From an uncultured Chloroflexia bacterium (GTDB taxonomy: Bacteria > Chloroflexota > Chloroflexia > QHBQ01 > JADMIH01), in contig CAWCNY010000002.1 of assembly GCA_963797095.1 (NCBI GenBank), positions 288,001 through 352,000 of the forward strand: DNA of 64,000 bases, read 5' to 3'. This document shows, piece after piece, positions 49,978-60,431 of the stretch. Made by a program: the position numbers and the translations under genes. The stretch's first letter is position 1. Every line of letters starts with the position of its first letter. Below the pieces are notes generated by a model. It did not search any database and had not been told where the DNA came from. It saw nothing but the letters and a program-made list of their open reading frames with translations.

Positions 49978-50853
49978 CTATTCGATCGACACGCCGCACC
50001 TCTCCAATAGCTTCGCGGCGTACCTGATCGGCCATCTGGTAAGCTTCCTGCGTGGGTCGCCGGGTGCGTGTGTATCAGAGCCGCACGAGCTCAAAAGGTC
50101 ATTGTCCACGCATATCTTGAGATAATATGCCACGTCATATGACGAATGGTACGGGTGCCATACCTCGAAGCCCATCAGCCCACCCTCTATCATCGCGTAC
50201 AACGTGGCCTCATCCGGCGGTTTGAACCCCGGCTCGGCCCGCCCAGGGTGCGCCAGGATCGGTATAGCGCCTGTGGTTCGTGCTCTCTCTATCACGTCCC
50301 GCATCTCAGGTAGAGGCAGAAAGTCCACCCCCACAGTCTTAGCCAATTCATGCGCGTCCTTCATGTTGTGCGCGTATTCGTGCTTGATGATCGCCTGAAA
50401 CACGTGGTAGGGTGCGATGGGCTGCCCCTGGTGGCATAGCCTCAATACGGCTTCGTCCAGCGGCATCCCTTTGCGCGCCAGTTCCTCTATCCCATTGGCG
50501 CAAATCTCGGCGTACTTGCGCTTCGCCTCATCCAACGGTCCCACGAACCTGCTATCGGTCAGGTCGACATTGTACACCAGCATATGGTACTGCGTCTCGC
50601 CCCACATGCACGATACCTCCACCGCAGGCACCACGTGTATGCCATACTGCGCGGCCTCTTGCTTGAGGGGGATCACATTATCGACGCGGTCGTGGTCCGC
50701 TAGCGCGATTACGGCCAGCCCCAACTCGTGAGCGGCCTTCGCCAGTGTGGCCGGTGTATATCGCCCATCCGAGGCTGTTGTGTGCATGTGGAGATCGATA
50801 TTTGCGTCGTGGGGCACTGTAACCCCTGAGAGGCGTCCTGTATCCGTATCCAT
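49978..50853 (-). CDS. PHP domain phosphoesterase
   Basis: DLHMHTTASDG, ADHD, AHP, GSDTH. Confidence 0.92.
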   Translation of the reverse strand: MDTDTGRLSGVTVPHDANIDLHMHTTASDGRYTPATLAKAAHELGLAVIALADHDRVDNVIPLKQEAAQYGIHVVPAVEVSCMWGETQYHMLVYNVDLTDSRFVGPLDEAKRKYAEICANGIEELARKGMPLDEAVLRLCHQGQPIAPYHVFQAIIKHEYAHNMKDAHELAKTVGVDFLPLPEMRDVIERARTTGAIPILAHPGRAEPGFKPPDEATLYAMIEGGLMGFEVWHPYHSSYDVAYYLKICVDNDLLSSCGSDTHAPGDPRRKLTRWPIRYAAKLLERCGVSIE

Positions 50854-51566
50854 CAGATTATATCCAGGTCCTCCTCGACCTCCTCCACGCCGTCTACGCT
50901 CCCGGCTACCTGTTCGGCTTGCTCGGCATCTTCAAGCGAACTAACCTGGCCCTTCAAATAGACCACCCCATCTTCCACTTCCACGTCGATGTTAAGGTCC
51001 GATGTGTAGGCATCCAGGCGGAGGGCGCGTATCACTCGCGCCGCGATTTCGTCGTCGCCTCCCTGGAATCTCGAAGGCTCGCCTTCGGATTCTTCAGGCT
51101 CTTCGTCCGAGTCTGTTGCAAATCCGCCCATAACCCCGGCGTTTGTCAGCGGTCGCGTGGTAAGGGGTGGATCGGTGGGCGGGAAATAAGGCTCACCCTC
51201 TTCTACTGCTTCAATGATATCTTCGGTGCCGGGATCGTCCATGAAATCAGGTTCCTCTCCTTCCGTCCTCCATTCATCGTCAAGGTCTAGCACATCGGGA
51301 TTCGCGCTGATGCGCTCTCGACCGATACTTGGATCGACAAGCCGCTCCATATCATCGTCCAGTGGCGTATCGCCCTCTTCGATATCTTTCCAGGTGTAGC
51401 TCGATGGGCTAGCCGTGGGGTCGGCAGCCGTTACCGGGTCGTCGGGTGGGGCTTCTGTCTCATCCTCGCCGGAAAGCGACCTGTGCTCGACCGGTCTCGC
51501 TTCGGCGCTAGCCTGCGTGCGCGCGTCTCTAGTGTCGTCATGCCTGGCCGCGTTGCTGTTATCCAT
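50853..51566 (-). CDS. BON domain protein with acidic N-terminus
   Basis: DDEIAARV...VEDGVVYLKGQV...VDGVEEV; PYFPPTDP. Confidence 0.85.
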   Translation of the reverse strand: MDNSNAARHDDTRDARTQASAEARPVEHRSLSGEDETEAPPDDPVTAADPTASPSSYTWKDIEEGDTPLDDDMERLVDPSIGRERISANPDVLDLDDEWRTEGEEPDFMDDPGTEDIIEAVEEGEPYFPPTDPPLTTRPLTNAGVMGGFATDSDEEPEESEGEPSRFQGGDDEIAARVIRALRLDAYTSDLNIDVEVEDGVVYLKGQVSSLEDAEQAEQVAGSVDGVEEVEEDLDII

Positions 51567-51759
51567 GCATGCATCCTCCAAAGGGTCGGTCCTCTATTCT
51601 ACCACAGTCTACATTCAAACGCCCCGCAGAGGTAATCAGTCACCCGAATACTTGGTTCGTGCTAAACAGATTGGGAGCGACCAAAGACTCCACCCTAACC
51701 CCTCCCCAAATTCTTTCAGGGGTAGGTTTTCGGTGGAATCCTTCGGTGAGTACAGGCTA

Positions 51760-51892
51760 ACACCCCTCACCCCCTGCCCCCCGCCTCCTTCGTCGGCACT
51801 CCGAATTCGGGGAGAGGGGAGAGTAAATAGTGGGGGAAGTGTGAGGGACACCCCCAAACCCCCGGCAGGGGAGTACCCCTGCACCCCTTTTG
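51760..51892 (+). repeat. Dispersed REP-like repeat (CCCC...GGGGAGAGGG / GCAGGGGAGTACCCCTGCAC family)
   Basis: Shared blocks with 57040-57240 and 60080-60240. Confidence 0.7.
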
Positions 51893-52111
51893 CAGAAACC
51901 TACCTTTGTAAGCCCCATTTTGGCTGTTTTAGAAACAGATCTTACGCATGCGAACCTGGATCCAAAACGCGGGATGCCTTATGTTTAGAACGCCTCTCTT
52001 TACCAGCTAATCACAAGGGCGTGCAGGCGGAACAGACTTATGGGGGCTTGGGTTGAGCTTCGAAGGCATCCTCGATCTGCTTCGTGTACGAATTTAAGAT
52101 TCGTGCGAGTT

Positions 52112-53177
52112 CTATGGCTCCTCGCCCGGCCAGAACACGTCGAACTTCACATCGTAGCGGCTTGCGCTGGATGTTCCGAGCGCTCTGTATACTTCCTCTG
52201 CCAGGTCGATCACGATCCCCTTCGAGCGCACATAAGGGATGTCGCCGTTGGCTATCACGTCTATGAACTGCACCATCACCGAGCGATTGCCCCTGGTTAC
52301 GCGGGCCATCCTCCCGTAGAGGTTGAGGTCGGCGGGTGCCGAAGCATAAAGGCCCCGGCCCACGAAATCAGACGGTAGATTGCCCCAGTGCTTGTTGAGG
52401 TCGATGATCCGGTCCCAACTGGTGCCGAAGGCCGCCGCGCTGTACCATGTGGCCTCGCCGCTGAAGCTCATCTGGAAACCGGGGCGAGGCTGTGCCTCCG
52501 CGACAGAGGGGTTGAGTCCTTCCATCCCTTCCGCCAATTCCTTATTAAGTCAGCTCGGTACCGAGGTGGCCCAACTGCACGCGTCCTTGCGCGGTCATTT
52601 CGAAGCGGGCACGCTCGAAGTACTGAACAGTGGTCCCGCCGTCCTCTATCTCCTCGGAGATTGGGTAGCCGAATATGCCCAGGCTGCCTCTGCTCTGCCA
52701 GAACTGCTTGAACGCCCCGTTGAGCGTGTGCCCCGTTTCCGGGAAGTAGGTTCGATCGCCCACGGTCGCCGGGTCTACCGGCGGGAAATCGCGATCCTGC
52801 GTCACCAGCCTTCCAACCTGAGTTAGCTCTACCTTCCACGGGCGCGTGCTGTCGGGGTGATACTCGAACCGCGCGCGCTGGAAGTATTGCACCGGCACAC
52901 CATTGATGACAGTCTCTTCGGTGATAGGGTAGCCGTATAGGTTCAGGCCGCCGTCCATCAGCCAGTAGTTGAGGAAGGCATCCTTTACATAGTGCCCGGT
53001 CTGGCGATAATAGATGGAGTTAAAGGAGTTGGTGTTGGTGGGTGCCGCCTCTGCCACCGAGCGGCTCCCTGATAGCGCCGTAACTGCGAGTGGGGATGTG
53101 GAGAGAGCCAGGGCGAGAGCGAGCGTTATACCCGCAGTGGCGGCCATGAGCCGCAAACGTGCGCCCGCTTTTCTCAA
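52112..53177 (-). CDS. Secreted protein: YFPETGH repeats + RlpA/DPBB-like domain, frameshifted near 52550
   Basis: Removing one base at 52550 gives GTELLNKELAEG; GEATWY...IDLAEEVY DPBB-like C-terminus. Confidence 0.7.
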
Positions 53178-53307
53178 TGTTACCTCCTTGCAAAAGAACC
53201 CGCACGCTCGTGCCTTCTCCCAGGAGGGAAATGGTTGCGCCCGGCACGTGCGCGCTTTAGAGAGTATTTGTAGCTTGTTAATGATAAACTAGACCGGATT
53301 GTAGCCG

Positions 53308-53931
53308 ATGTGTTCATCCTCTGTCAATACTTTTCCGCTTTCCACGCACAATATTGCGGTGGTTTTGCTTGCCGCCGGCAGCAGCAAACGCATGGGCGGC
53401 CCCACTTCCAAGCTTCTTTTGCCCTTGAAGGACGGCAAACCTCTCATCTCTCATTCTATCGAGAACGCCCTTTCGCTTGAGCCTTTAGAGATGGTGGTGG
53501 TGGTGCGCCCCGACCTCCTGCCCCAGATTGAGAGCCTGCATCCATCATTCAACTATGTGCCTAACCCACGCTATGAGGAGGGGATGGGAACCTCATTAGC
53601 GATTGGTGTTTCCTCTTTGTCAGCCGATGTCGAAGCGTGCCTGGTGCTGTTGGGCGATGAGCCTGAGATATCCCGTGGTGTGGTGGACCGCCTGGTGCGG
53701 GCCTATCTGGCTGACTATTCCTACGTTACGATACCTGTTTATGGCGAGCAGCCCGGCCCGCCCACGCTCTTTTCTCGTTATGCTTTTCCCGATCTATCGC
53801 AACTCGAAAGGGATACGGGTGGCAGGCAACTGCTTGCACGCTTCCCTGATAAGGTGACACGCGTTCGCTTTGATGAGAACCAACGGCCAAAGGATATTGA
53901 CACGCCTGAGGATTATCGGGCACTCACCTGA
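53308..53931 (+). CDS. MocA/MobA-like nucleotidyltransferase
   Basis: LAAGSSKRMG, GMGTSL, LGDEP, DIDTPED. Confidence 0.9.
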   Translation: MCSSSVNTFPLSTHNIAVVLLAAGSSKRMGGPTSKLLLPLKDGKPLISHSIENALSLEPLEMVVVVRPDLLPQIESLHPSFNYVPNPRYEEGMGTSLAIGVSSLSADVEACLVLLGDEPEISRGVVDRLVRAYLADYSYVTIPVYGEQPGPPTLFSRYAFPDLSQLERDTGGRQLLARFPDKVTRVRFDENQRPKDIDTPEDYRALT

Positions 53932-54128
53932 TGACCAGGTGCACTTTGGATCTTTCTTTGTACACGAAGGGGCGAAGGAGTACGAAGGGCACGAAGGTTT
54001 TTGTGGTGGGGAGTGCGGAGTCTTGATTGGGGGTATGGGGAAGGAGGGTGCATGGGGTTGTTTGGGTCCTCGTATACTATTCTTCCTTTTTGTGTTGTGG
54101 GTAGTCACCTCCTGGTGGATGCAACCTC

Positions 54129-54579
54129 GTAGAGGGCGAGGCATGCCTCAATGTTGTCGCATAAAGACCCCGAAGATGGTCCGAGTACGAGCGCTCCCCG
54201 TTGGCGACATACTCCATGCCGCCCTCGCGAATAGTCCCGTAGGGACGGCATAGGGTAGCCCAGGGCTTACGCCCTGTGGTAAGCCCTGTGGTAAGCCCTG
54301 TGGTAAGCCCTGTGGTAAGCCCAGGATAATGCCATAGCCCCGTAGGGGCGTAAGAACAAGATCTCCACGGTCCTTTATGATGCAATGCTAGTGCTCTTAC
54401 GTCCCTACGGGGCTACTTGCTTGGGCGGTTGTACAATCCACAGGGCGTAAGCCCTGGGCTACTCTCTTACGTCCCTATGGGACTTGGCTTGGGTGGCAAT
54501 CCATCTGGGCACCCCCTGGTGGTTGCGCCCCACAACCTGTATCTTTATGTGACAACATTGAGGCATGCCTCGCCCCTAC
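54129..54579. repeat. Nested REPIN-like element (inner cassette 54233-54484 with 12-bp tandem GCCCTGTGGTAA)
   Basis: ~38-bp near-perfect terminal IR; homologous to 5419-5898. Confidence 0.82.
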
Positions 54580-54664
54580 AGGTGGTTGATTTGTTGATTG
54601 TTTGCTCAGGATGGCAACCACTCTGGTTGGTGGTTGGTGCTGGGCATGGTGGGTTGGCTTATGG

Positions 54665-54980
54665 GATGGTGTCCCTGTGGCGCAACTGGTACGTGTGGCG
54701 CAGGGTTCCTCGTGCCTATAGAGGGTGTGACACGAATGCACACTGGATTACCGCTCCGTGTTGGTCCCCTTAGGGGCCGGTGGTGGGAGACCGGAGCGGT
54801 TGGTGGTGTTGAGACAGCCACCGGCTTTTGGCTGACCATTCTTTTGGTTTGTAAAGTGCTGGTAGTTGTGGTGGTTGTTTATGTGGTTTGTAAGGTACAA
54901 ACGCAAAGCTGCATAGGGACACCAGTCTTGTCTCAATGTCCTCCATGCTGCGCGGCAGGGAGGGTGAAAGTACTTCTTGT
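54665..54980 (-). ncRNA. Candidate large structured ncRNA, copy 2
   Basis: Reverse-complement homolog of 21777-22091; same TGTGCTAAGAT extended -10 (54986-54996). Confidence 0.6.
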
Positions 54981-55194
54981 ATTGGATCTTAGCACATTTG
55001 TTTGGATTTGGGTACGGCCAAACGGGTAGTTTCTTGGGGGATTTTTGGGAGTTTAGGCTTACAGATCGAGGAGGGTGGAGCAGGGCGGATGCAAAGTCAG
55101 ATAAAGCGGTAGAAAATGCCGCCAATCTAAGCCTTGTCATTCTGAATACAATGCTAATGAAGAAACGACAGGATGGGATGTGGGGGTGTTCTTA

Positions 55195-55420
55195 CGCTCT
55201 TCCAGGGCTATCTGGGCTAAGGTGGGTGGCTATCCCCACGCGTAAGCGTGGGGCTACTCTCTTTCGCCACTCCGTGGCTGCCCTGGTTGGTGGCTTGGCT
55301 TTGATTGTATGGCTTTGGGACGTTTCTTTGTTAGCATGCTACTGAACGAAGTGACAAATCTGGGATCTTGACTTGATACTTTGCCTGGCATTTCAAATTC
55401 TTCGCTTCGTTCAGAATGAC
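55195..55420. repeat. Further REP-like palindromes
   Basis: CCCCACGCGTAAGCGTGGGG; CTGAACGAAG...CTTCGTTCAGAATGAC. Confidence 0.6.
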
Positions 55421-55591
55421 AAGTCTAATCTTGGTACGCTTCGTACTACGTCGCACTCTCCCTGGAGGTGGCGTGGGGATCTTGCGCGCAACCCTGCTCG
55501 TAATATACACTTATGAAAAGCTACACGCATCTGATGCGGAGATGAAACCGTTAACTTGATAGCGCCCCTATTAGCAGGTAGGTTATTCAGT

Positions 55592-57004
55592 ATGACACCA
55601 AGAAAGAACGCCGTGCGCTCCCGCTTCTCCCTGGTAGCGATAGTTGTACTCTTATTCACCCTCCTCCCCGCCTCACTTGCCGCTCCCGCACGTCCGGCTC
55701 TGGCGGCTACCTCTCCTTTCGCCGATGGGGCTTTCGAGAGCGTCTGGACGCGCAACGATTTGCCGGTAGCGGCCAAGGCTGTGGGACGCTCCTGGACCTG
55801 GGGTCCAGTCCCACTCGCGTCGGGTTACGAGCCTTACGCCGACGCGCCCGATGGCTCAGGCAAGCGCCTTGTCCAGTATTTTGACAAGGCTCGCATGGAG
55901 ATCAACGATACTACCCTTGCTCCTACCGACAAGTGGTATGTCACCAACGGCCTGCTGACAGTGGAATTGATCTCAGGCCGCATCCAGCTTGGGAACGATA
56001 AGTTCCAGACCACCAAGCCCGCCACGATCAATATCGCCTCCGACCCGGATGATGCCGACGCGCCCACCTATTCCTCGTTCGGCACGGTGTCCAATACTTC
56101 GGCTGGGGAGCACCGCCAACCGGACAAGACAGGCGGTTACGCCTCCGAAGAGATCAACAGGCAGGGGCAGGTCACGAATAACCCAACCATGCAATCGCCC
56201 GAGAGCAAGATCATCTACTTCGAGAAGGCAACAGGCCACAATGTGCCCAAGGTCTTCTGGGACTTCCTCAACTCTTCGGAACCTGTCCGAAGCGGCGTGA
56301 GCAATGCCAACAAACTGCTGCTCGATCCGTGGGTGTTTGCTATGGGCCTCCCGATCTCGGATGCTTACTGGGCCACGGTCAGGATTGGCGGTAAGTCTCA
56401 GCCGGTGCTGATCCAGGCGTTCGAGAGGCGTGTGCTTACTTATGCCCCGCAACAGCCTAAGGAATGGCAGGTGCAAATGGGCAATATCGGCCAGCATTAC
56501 CTGGAATGGCGCTACGGCACGGATGGCGCAGGCCCTCAGAAGGTGACAAAGTCGACTCCCAGCCAGCCAGCCTATCTCAACATCCCCACGCTCGGCGTGC
56601 TGGCTAAAGTCGAGCATGTTGGAGTGGACGCGAACAACAATATGGACATACCGGAGGACCCCTTTAACGCTGCCTGGTACAAGTTCGGGACGATCCCCGG
56701 CAAGCAAGGCAACGCCGTTATGGATGGGCATCTCGATTGGTACGGGATCAAAGAGGCTATTTTCTACTACCTGGACAAATTGAAAGTTGGCGACCGTGTG
56801 TATGTGCGCGACGACAGGGGGGTAGACCACGCCTTCGCCGTCACCAAGCAGGTGGTTTGCATCTACAACAAGTGCCCTTTGCAAGACGTGTTTGGCGCTA
56901 CCAGCGCCACCCGCCTCAATCTGATCACCTGCGCGGGTACGTTCAATCGCAGCCAGCAAAACTACGACCAACGCCTGGTGGTGTTTACCGACGCTCTACA
57001 GTAA
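55592..57004 (+). CDS. Class F sortase fused to a Chloroflexi-type N-terminal domain
   Basis: GNAVMDGHLD, LNLITC, RLVV; N-terminal VWTRND..RSWTWGP..VQYFDKARME. Confidence 0.88.
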   Translation: MTPRKNAVRSRFSLVAIVVLLFTLLPASLAAPARPALAATSPFADGAFESVWTRNDLPVAAKAVGRSWTWGPVPLASGYEPYADAPDGSGKRLVQYFDKARMEINDTTLAPTDKWYVTNGLLTVELISGRIQLGNDKFQTTKPATINIASDPDDADAPTYSSFGTVSNTSAGEHRQPDKTGGYASEEINRQGQVTNNPTMQSPESKIIYFEKATGHNVPKVFWDFLNSSEPVRSGVSNANKLLLDPWVFAMGLPISDAYWATVRIGGKSQPVLIQAFERRVLTYAPQQPKEWQVQMGNIGQHYLEWRYGTDGAGPQKVTKSTPSQPAYLNIPTLGVLAKVEHVGVDANNNMDIPEDPFNAAWYKFGTIPGKQGNAVMDGHLDWYGIKEAIFYYLDKLKVGDRVYVRDDRGVDHAFAVTKQVVCIYNKCPLQDVFGATSATRLNLITCAGTFNRSQQNYDQRLVVFTDALQ

Positions 57005-57039
57005 GCTGACTGACCAACGGGCCAGCGGGCCCTGGTCTG

Positions 57040-57240
57040 TGCCTTCTTCGTCGGCACCCCGTACGAACGGGGAGAGGGAGAATAAAAAGAAGAAGTAGAA
57101 TTGGGAGGCACCACCAATCCCCTGTCAGGGGACTTGTCCCCTGTACCCCCTTTCAGCCGGGTAAGTGGAGGAAGAGTTGGGGGACACCTCCGCCGCCCAG
57201 AGGGCACCCGCCCGGCACGCAGTTCCGCCTGACCCCCTTT
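57040..57240 (+). repeat. Dispersed REP-like repeat
   Basis: CTTCGTCGGCAC, GGGGAGAGGG, GGAAGAGTTGGGGGAC, CAGAGGG blocks shared with 51760 and 60080 regions. Confidence 0.65.
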
Positions 57241-57251
57241 CGGAAGGCGTC

Positions 57252-57644
57252 ATGAAAAGAAGCAACATATCAAGCGGCGCGCCCTGGGAACCGGTAGTGG
57301 GCTATTCGCGGGCGGTGCGAGTAGGTCCCTATATTCATGTGGCGGGGACCACCGCCACCGCTCCCGATGGCTCAATCGTGGGTGAAGGCGACCCTTATGC
57401 CCAGACTATCCAGGCTCTCAGGAACATCCAATCTGCCCTCGAACGCACGGGGGCAAGCCTCAAGGATGTCGTGCGCACGCGCATGTTTGTCACGGACATT
57501 TCGGCCTGGGAGGAGATAGGCCGGGCGCATGGCGAGTTCTTCCGCGACATCCGCCCAGCGGCCACTATGGTGCAGGTCACGCGCCTGATCGATCCTGCTA
57601 TGCTGGTCGAGATCGAGGCGGATGCTATCTTGATCGAAGATTGA
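57252..57644 (+). CDS. RidA family protein
   Basis: [28 protein letters not shown]. Confidence 0.93.
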   Translation: MKRSNISSGAPWEPVVGYSRAVRVGPYIHVAGTTATAPDGSIVGEGDPYAQTIQALRNIQSALERTGASLKDVVRTRMFVTDISAWEEIGRAHGEFFRDIRPAATMVQVTRLIDPAMLVEIEADAILIED

Positions 57645-57651
57645 GTAATAG

Positions 57652-57870
57652 CTGAACCGCACAGACCGCCTGATGGCAATCGTCCTCGAATTGCAGGCCC
57701 GCCGCACCAAGCGCGCCGAAGACCTGGCGGCTACCTTTGAGGTGCGCAAGCGCACTATCTATCGGGATGTAGAGGCCCTGAGCGAAATGGGCGTGCCCGT
57801 TGTGTCAGTGCCGGGGCGGGATATCCCGCGCTCGCTCATCGGCGTAGATCCAATGTTCGGGATGTCTTGA
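57652..57870 (+). pseudogene. Truncated YafY/PafB-type HTH-WYL regulator (HTH only)
   Basis: (CTG)NRTDRLMAIV...RTIYRDVEALSEMGVP then diverges and stops; WYL part missing. Confidence 0.75.
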
Positions 57871-57917
57871 CGGGAACGGAGGCTAGTTGTATTATATTGC
57901 TCTATTGGCTAATAGAG
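57867..57917 (+). promoter_or_regulatory. Promoter and palindromic operator of ArsR-type gene
   Basis: TTGACG-17-TATTAT; CTCTATT-GGCT-AATAGAG. Confidence 0.7.
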
Positions 57918-57957
57918 TCAGGTCTTCCCGGTCCCTGATACGCAAGGAGAGCCTCCC

Positions 57958-59013
57958 ATGCCCGTACTAGTTGCCCCCGATACGCCGTCCTCGGCCCCTA
58001 CGGTGAATTTCCTCATATCGCCCCTGTACGATATGTTCATTTCGCTTGCCACCCTGGTCCATCCGGGGGAGCGGCATGAGGGGTGGGTGGCCGAGGTGAA
58101 ACGCGACCTCTCTCCTCAGATGCGCGAGGAGGCCGACTACTTCTACTCGCTTTTCGAGACCCGGCTGGTGGAGCTGGCGGTCGATTACCCGGATCATCAT
58201 GATATTGAGGGGTTTTTCCGGTATCTGGAGACTATGGCTCCGGAGGACTTTATCTTCTATGCGACCGGGCGGGTGATGTCGCCGGGCGAGATCGCGAGCA
58301 TGGCTACCCATCCTCTCAGGCTGCTGGCGGCCTTGCTCAAGCTGTACGGGGGCGAGCATAAGATACACGACGAGGGGTGGAGGCAGGCGCTCCAATTGCT
58401 TTCGACGGAGGCGGATACCACTCGCACGAGGTTGTTGCGGCTGCTGAGGACCTACTGGCAGAACGTGTATCGCCATCAGATGCCCAAGCTGAAGCCGCGC
58501 TGGGAAGAGAGCGTGCGCGAACGCACGCAGTCGCTCGGCCCCGACCGCCTGACAGCGGTCCAGGAGCGATTCCTGGCGAACCGGCCAATCCCTCGCGAGT
58601 TCCCGGAGGGGTATGCGCTTGAGAAGGTCAGCCTGGTGCCTTCACTATTTCTCAAAGTGTCGTCTATGATCATGTACGGTTACGGGCAGATGATCGTGAT
58701 CTATGATGCGCTTACCTCCGACGAGCACCGGAGCGCGATGGCGCATGTTCAGAGGCGAATTGTGGCGGTGGCCCGCGCCCTGGAAGACCCTACACGGATG
58801 ACTATCCTGCGCGCTATAGCGAAGGATAAGGAGTACTACGGTTCGCGCCTGGCCGCCAAGTGCGGCATTACTCCATCGTCCATTTCGCGCCATATGCGCG
58901 TGTTGCGCGATGCGGGCCTTATCAATGAGATAAGTCAGGATAATCGTGTCATGTACGAGTTACGGGCTGACACTATCGAGAAGTTCTGCGAGGATCTGCA
59001 CGAGTACCTATAG
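57958..59013 (+). CDS. ArsR-family regulator with long N-terminal domain
   Basis: ALEDPTRMTIL, ISRHMRVLRDAGLI at C-terminus. Confidence 0.88.
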   Translation: MPVLVAPDTPSSAPTVNFLISPLYDMFISLATLVHPGERHEGWVAEVKRDLSPQMREEADYFYSLFETRLVELAVDYPDHHDIEGFFRYLETMAPEDFIFYATGRVMSPGEIASMATHPLRLLAALLKLYGGEHKIHDEGWRQALQLLSTEADTTRTRLLRLLRTYWQNVYRHQMPKLKPRWEESVRERTQSLGPDRLTAVQERFLANRPIPREFPEGYALEKVSLVPSLFLKVSSMIMYGYGQMIVIYDALTSDEHRSAMAHVQRRIVAVARALEDPTRMTILRAIAKDKEYYGSRLAAKCGITPSSISRHMRVLRDAGLINEISQDNRVMYELRADTIEKFCEDLHEYL

Positions 59014-59032
59014 CATCGCTTTAGGAGGCCCG

Positions 59033-59935
59033 TCAGCTAACCAGTCCCTCGATCCTCAATTCGACTATGCGGTCGAGGCGGAACGCGCGCTCTTCTTTGC
59101 GCAACTGGCAATAGCCGACCAGATAGGTCGCCTGCTCGTGGAGGGTTACTTTCAGGGGCTGGACTATGCGGGTGGTTACTTTGCCATCGCTCCCCGCGTA
59201 GCGTATCTTGACGGGCGTGCGGGTGCGCATGGCCTGCTCTACAAGGGGTGGCAGACCCTGGATCGGGCAGTAGGGCTGGGTGCCGTCCCATTCCATGAGC
59301 GGCGTGCGTGCCTGCCAGCCTCCGTGCCAGCCGCTCATGGTTGTGAGAGAGCCTTGCACGCTGGTTAGTTCGTCCAGGGTGGTTATGCCCTTTGCCTCAA
59401 GGTCCCAAAGGAAGCGTTTGAGAACGTGCCAGGTTATGGTGGCGTCGGCCAGCGCGCGGTGCAGGCCATAGGTCTGTATGCCGAGCGACCTGGCGACCTG
59501 CCCAAGCTTGTTCGATGCGAATGTGTAGCACCTGCGGGCCAGGGCCAGCGTGTCAATCACAGGGTTGGAGGGGGGCGCGTATCCGGCCTGGCGCATTTCG
59601 GCAGAAATGAAGGAGAGATCGAACGAGGAGTTGTGAGCTACCAGCGCGGTGTTTTCGGGGGCCAATATCTCGGCCAGGGTAGATGCTACTGTACGAAAGG
59701 GGGGTGCGTTGCGGACCATGCTGTCGGTGATGCCGTTCACGGCGGTTGCGCCATAGGAAATGGGGCGACCGGGGTTGATCAATGCTTGCACCTGGTCTAC
59801 AATCTGGCCGTTGCGCCCGACCACCACGGCCACCTCGCAAATCCGGTCTCCCAGGCGCGCTGACAAACCCGTTGTCTCAACATCTACTACTGCATAGGTG
59901 AGGTTTCGAAGGGGCAAACTCCCGGCAGTGTTCAT
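59033..59935 (-). CDS. DEDDh 3'-5' exonuclease fused to C-terminal WYL domain
   Basis: VVDVETTGL, AHNSSFD, HRALAD; IRYAG..TTRIVQP..YLVGYCQLRKEERAFRLDRI. Confidence 0.9.
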   Translation of the reverse strand: MNTAGSLPLRNLTYAVVDVETTGLSARLGDRICEVAVVVGRNGQIVDQVQALINPGRPISYGATAVNGITDSMVRNAPPFRTVASTLAEILAPENTALVAHNSSFDLSFISAEMRQAGYAPPSNPVIDTLALARRCYTFASNKLGQVARSLGIQTYGLHRALADATITWHVLKRFLWDLEAKGITTLDELTSVQGSLTTMSGWHGGWQARTPLMEWDGTQPYCPIQGLPPLVEQAMRTRTPVKIRYAGSDGKVTTRIVQPLKVTLHEQATYLVGYCQLRKEERAFRLDRIVELRIEGLVS

Positions 59936-60079
59936 ACTGCGCTCGCTTTCTACTTTAGCAGGTCCTACTACAATCTCTCACGACCTGCTCTTAGTATACC
60001 CTGTTTGTCAATTGCTTGAGTTTCCACACGGTAGGCGTTCAGACCTGGGGTGGAGGGATCCCGTCTAAGAGTAAACCAA

Positions 60080-60240
60080 GACCCACCCCCGGCCCCTCCC
60101 ACGTATAGGAGGGGAGAAGTAAATAGTGGGGGAAGAGTTGGGGGGACGCCCCCCGCCGCCCAGAGGGTACCCGTCCGGCAGGCAGTTCCATCCGCGCCCC
60201 CTTTTGCCCATCACCCCGGCAGAGGAGTACCCCTGCACGC
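60080..60240 (+). repeat. Dispersed REP-like repeat
   Basis: AGTAAATAGTGGGGGAAG and GAGTACCCCTGCAC shared with 51760 region. Confidence 0.7.
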
Positions 60241-60431
60241 GCTACCGCGCTCATGAAGGGGAAGGAGCCGCCCGCACCTTGCTGGCTTTGGCTGAGCGCC
60301 ATAACATTTGCTGACTGCTTGCGTAATCGGGTTCTATAGGTTATGAAATAAGAGAGAGCGCAGCACGCAGCACGTAATACGCCCCAATTTCGTATTGCGT
60401 ATTATGTACCACGTCACCAGGAGATATCCCT

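Noticed and set aside
54260-54322. CRISPR or iteron array
   Set aside because: 12-bp spacerless slippage repeat within a REP arm
55525-55560. Hammerhead-like CTGATG...GAAAC
   Set aside because: The CUGANGA core is broken and the stems are not supported
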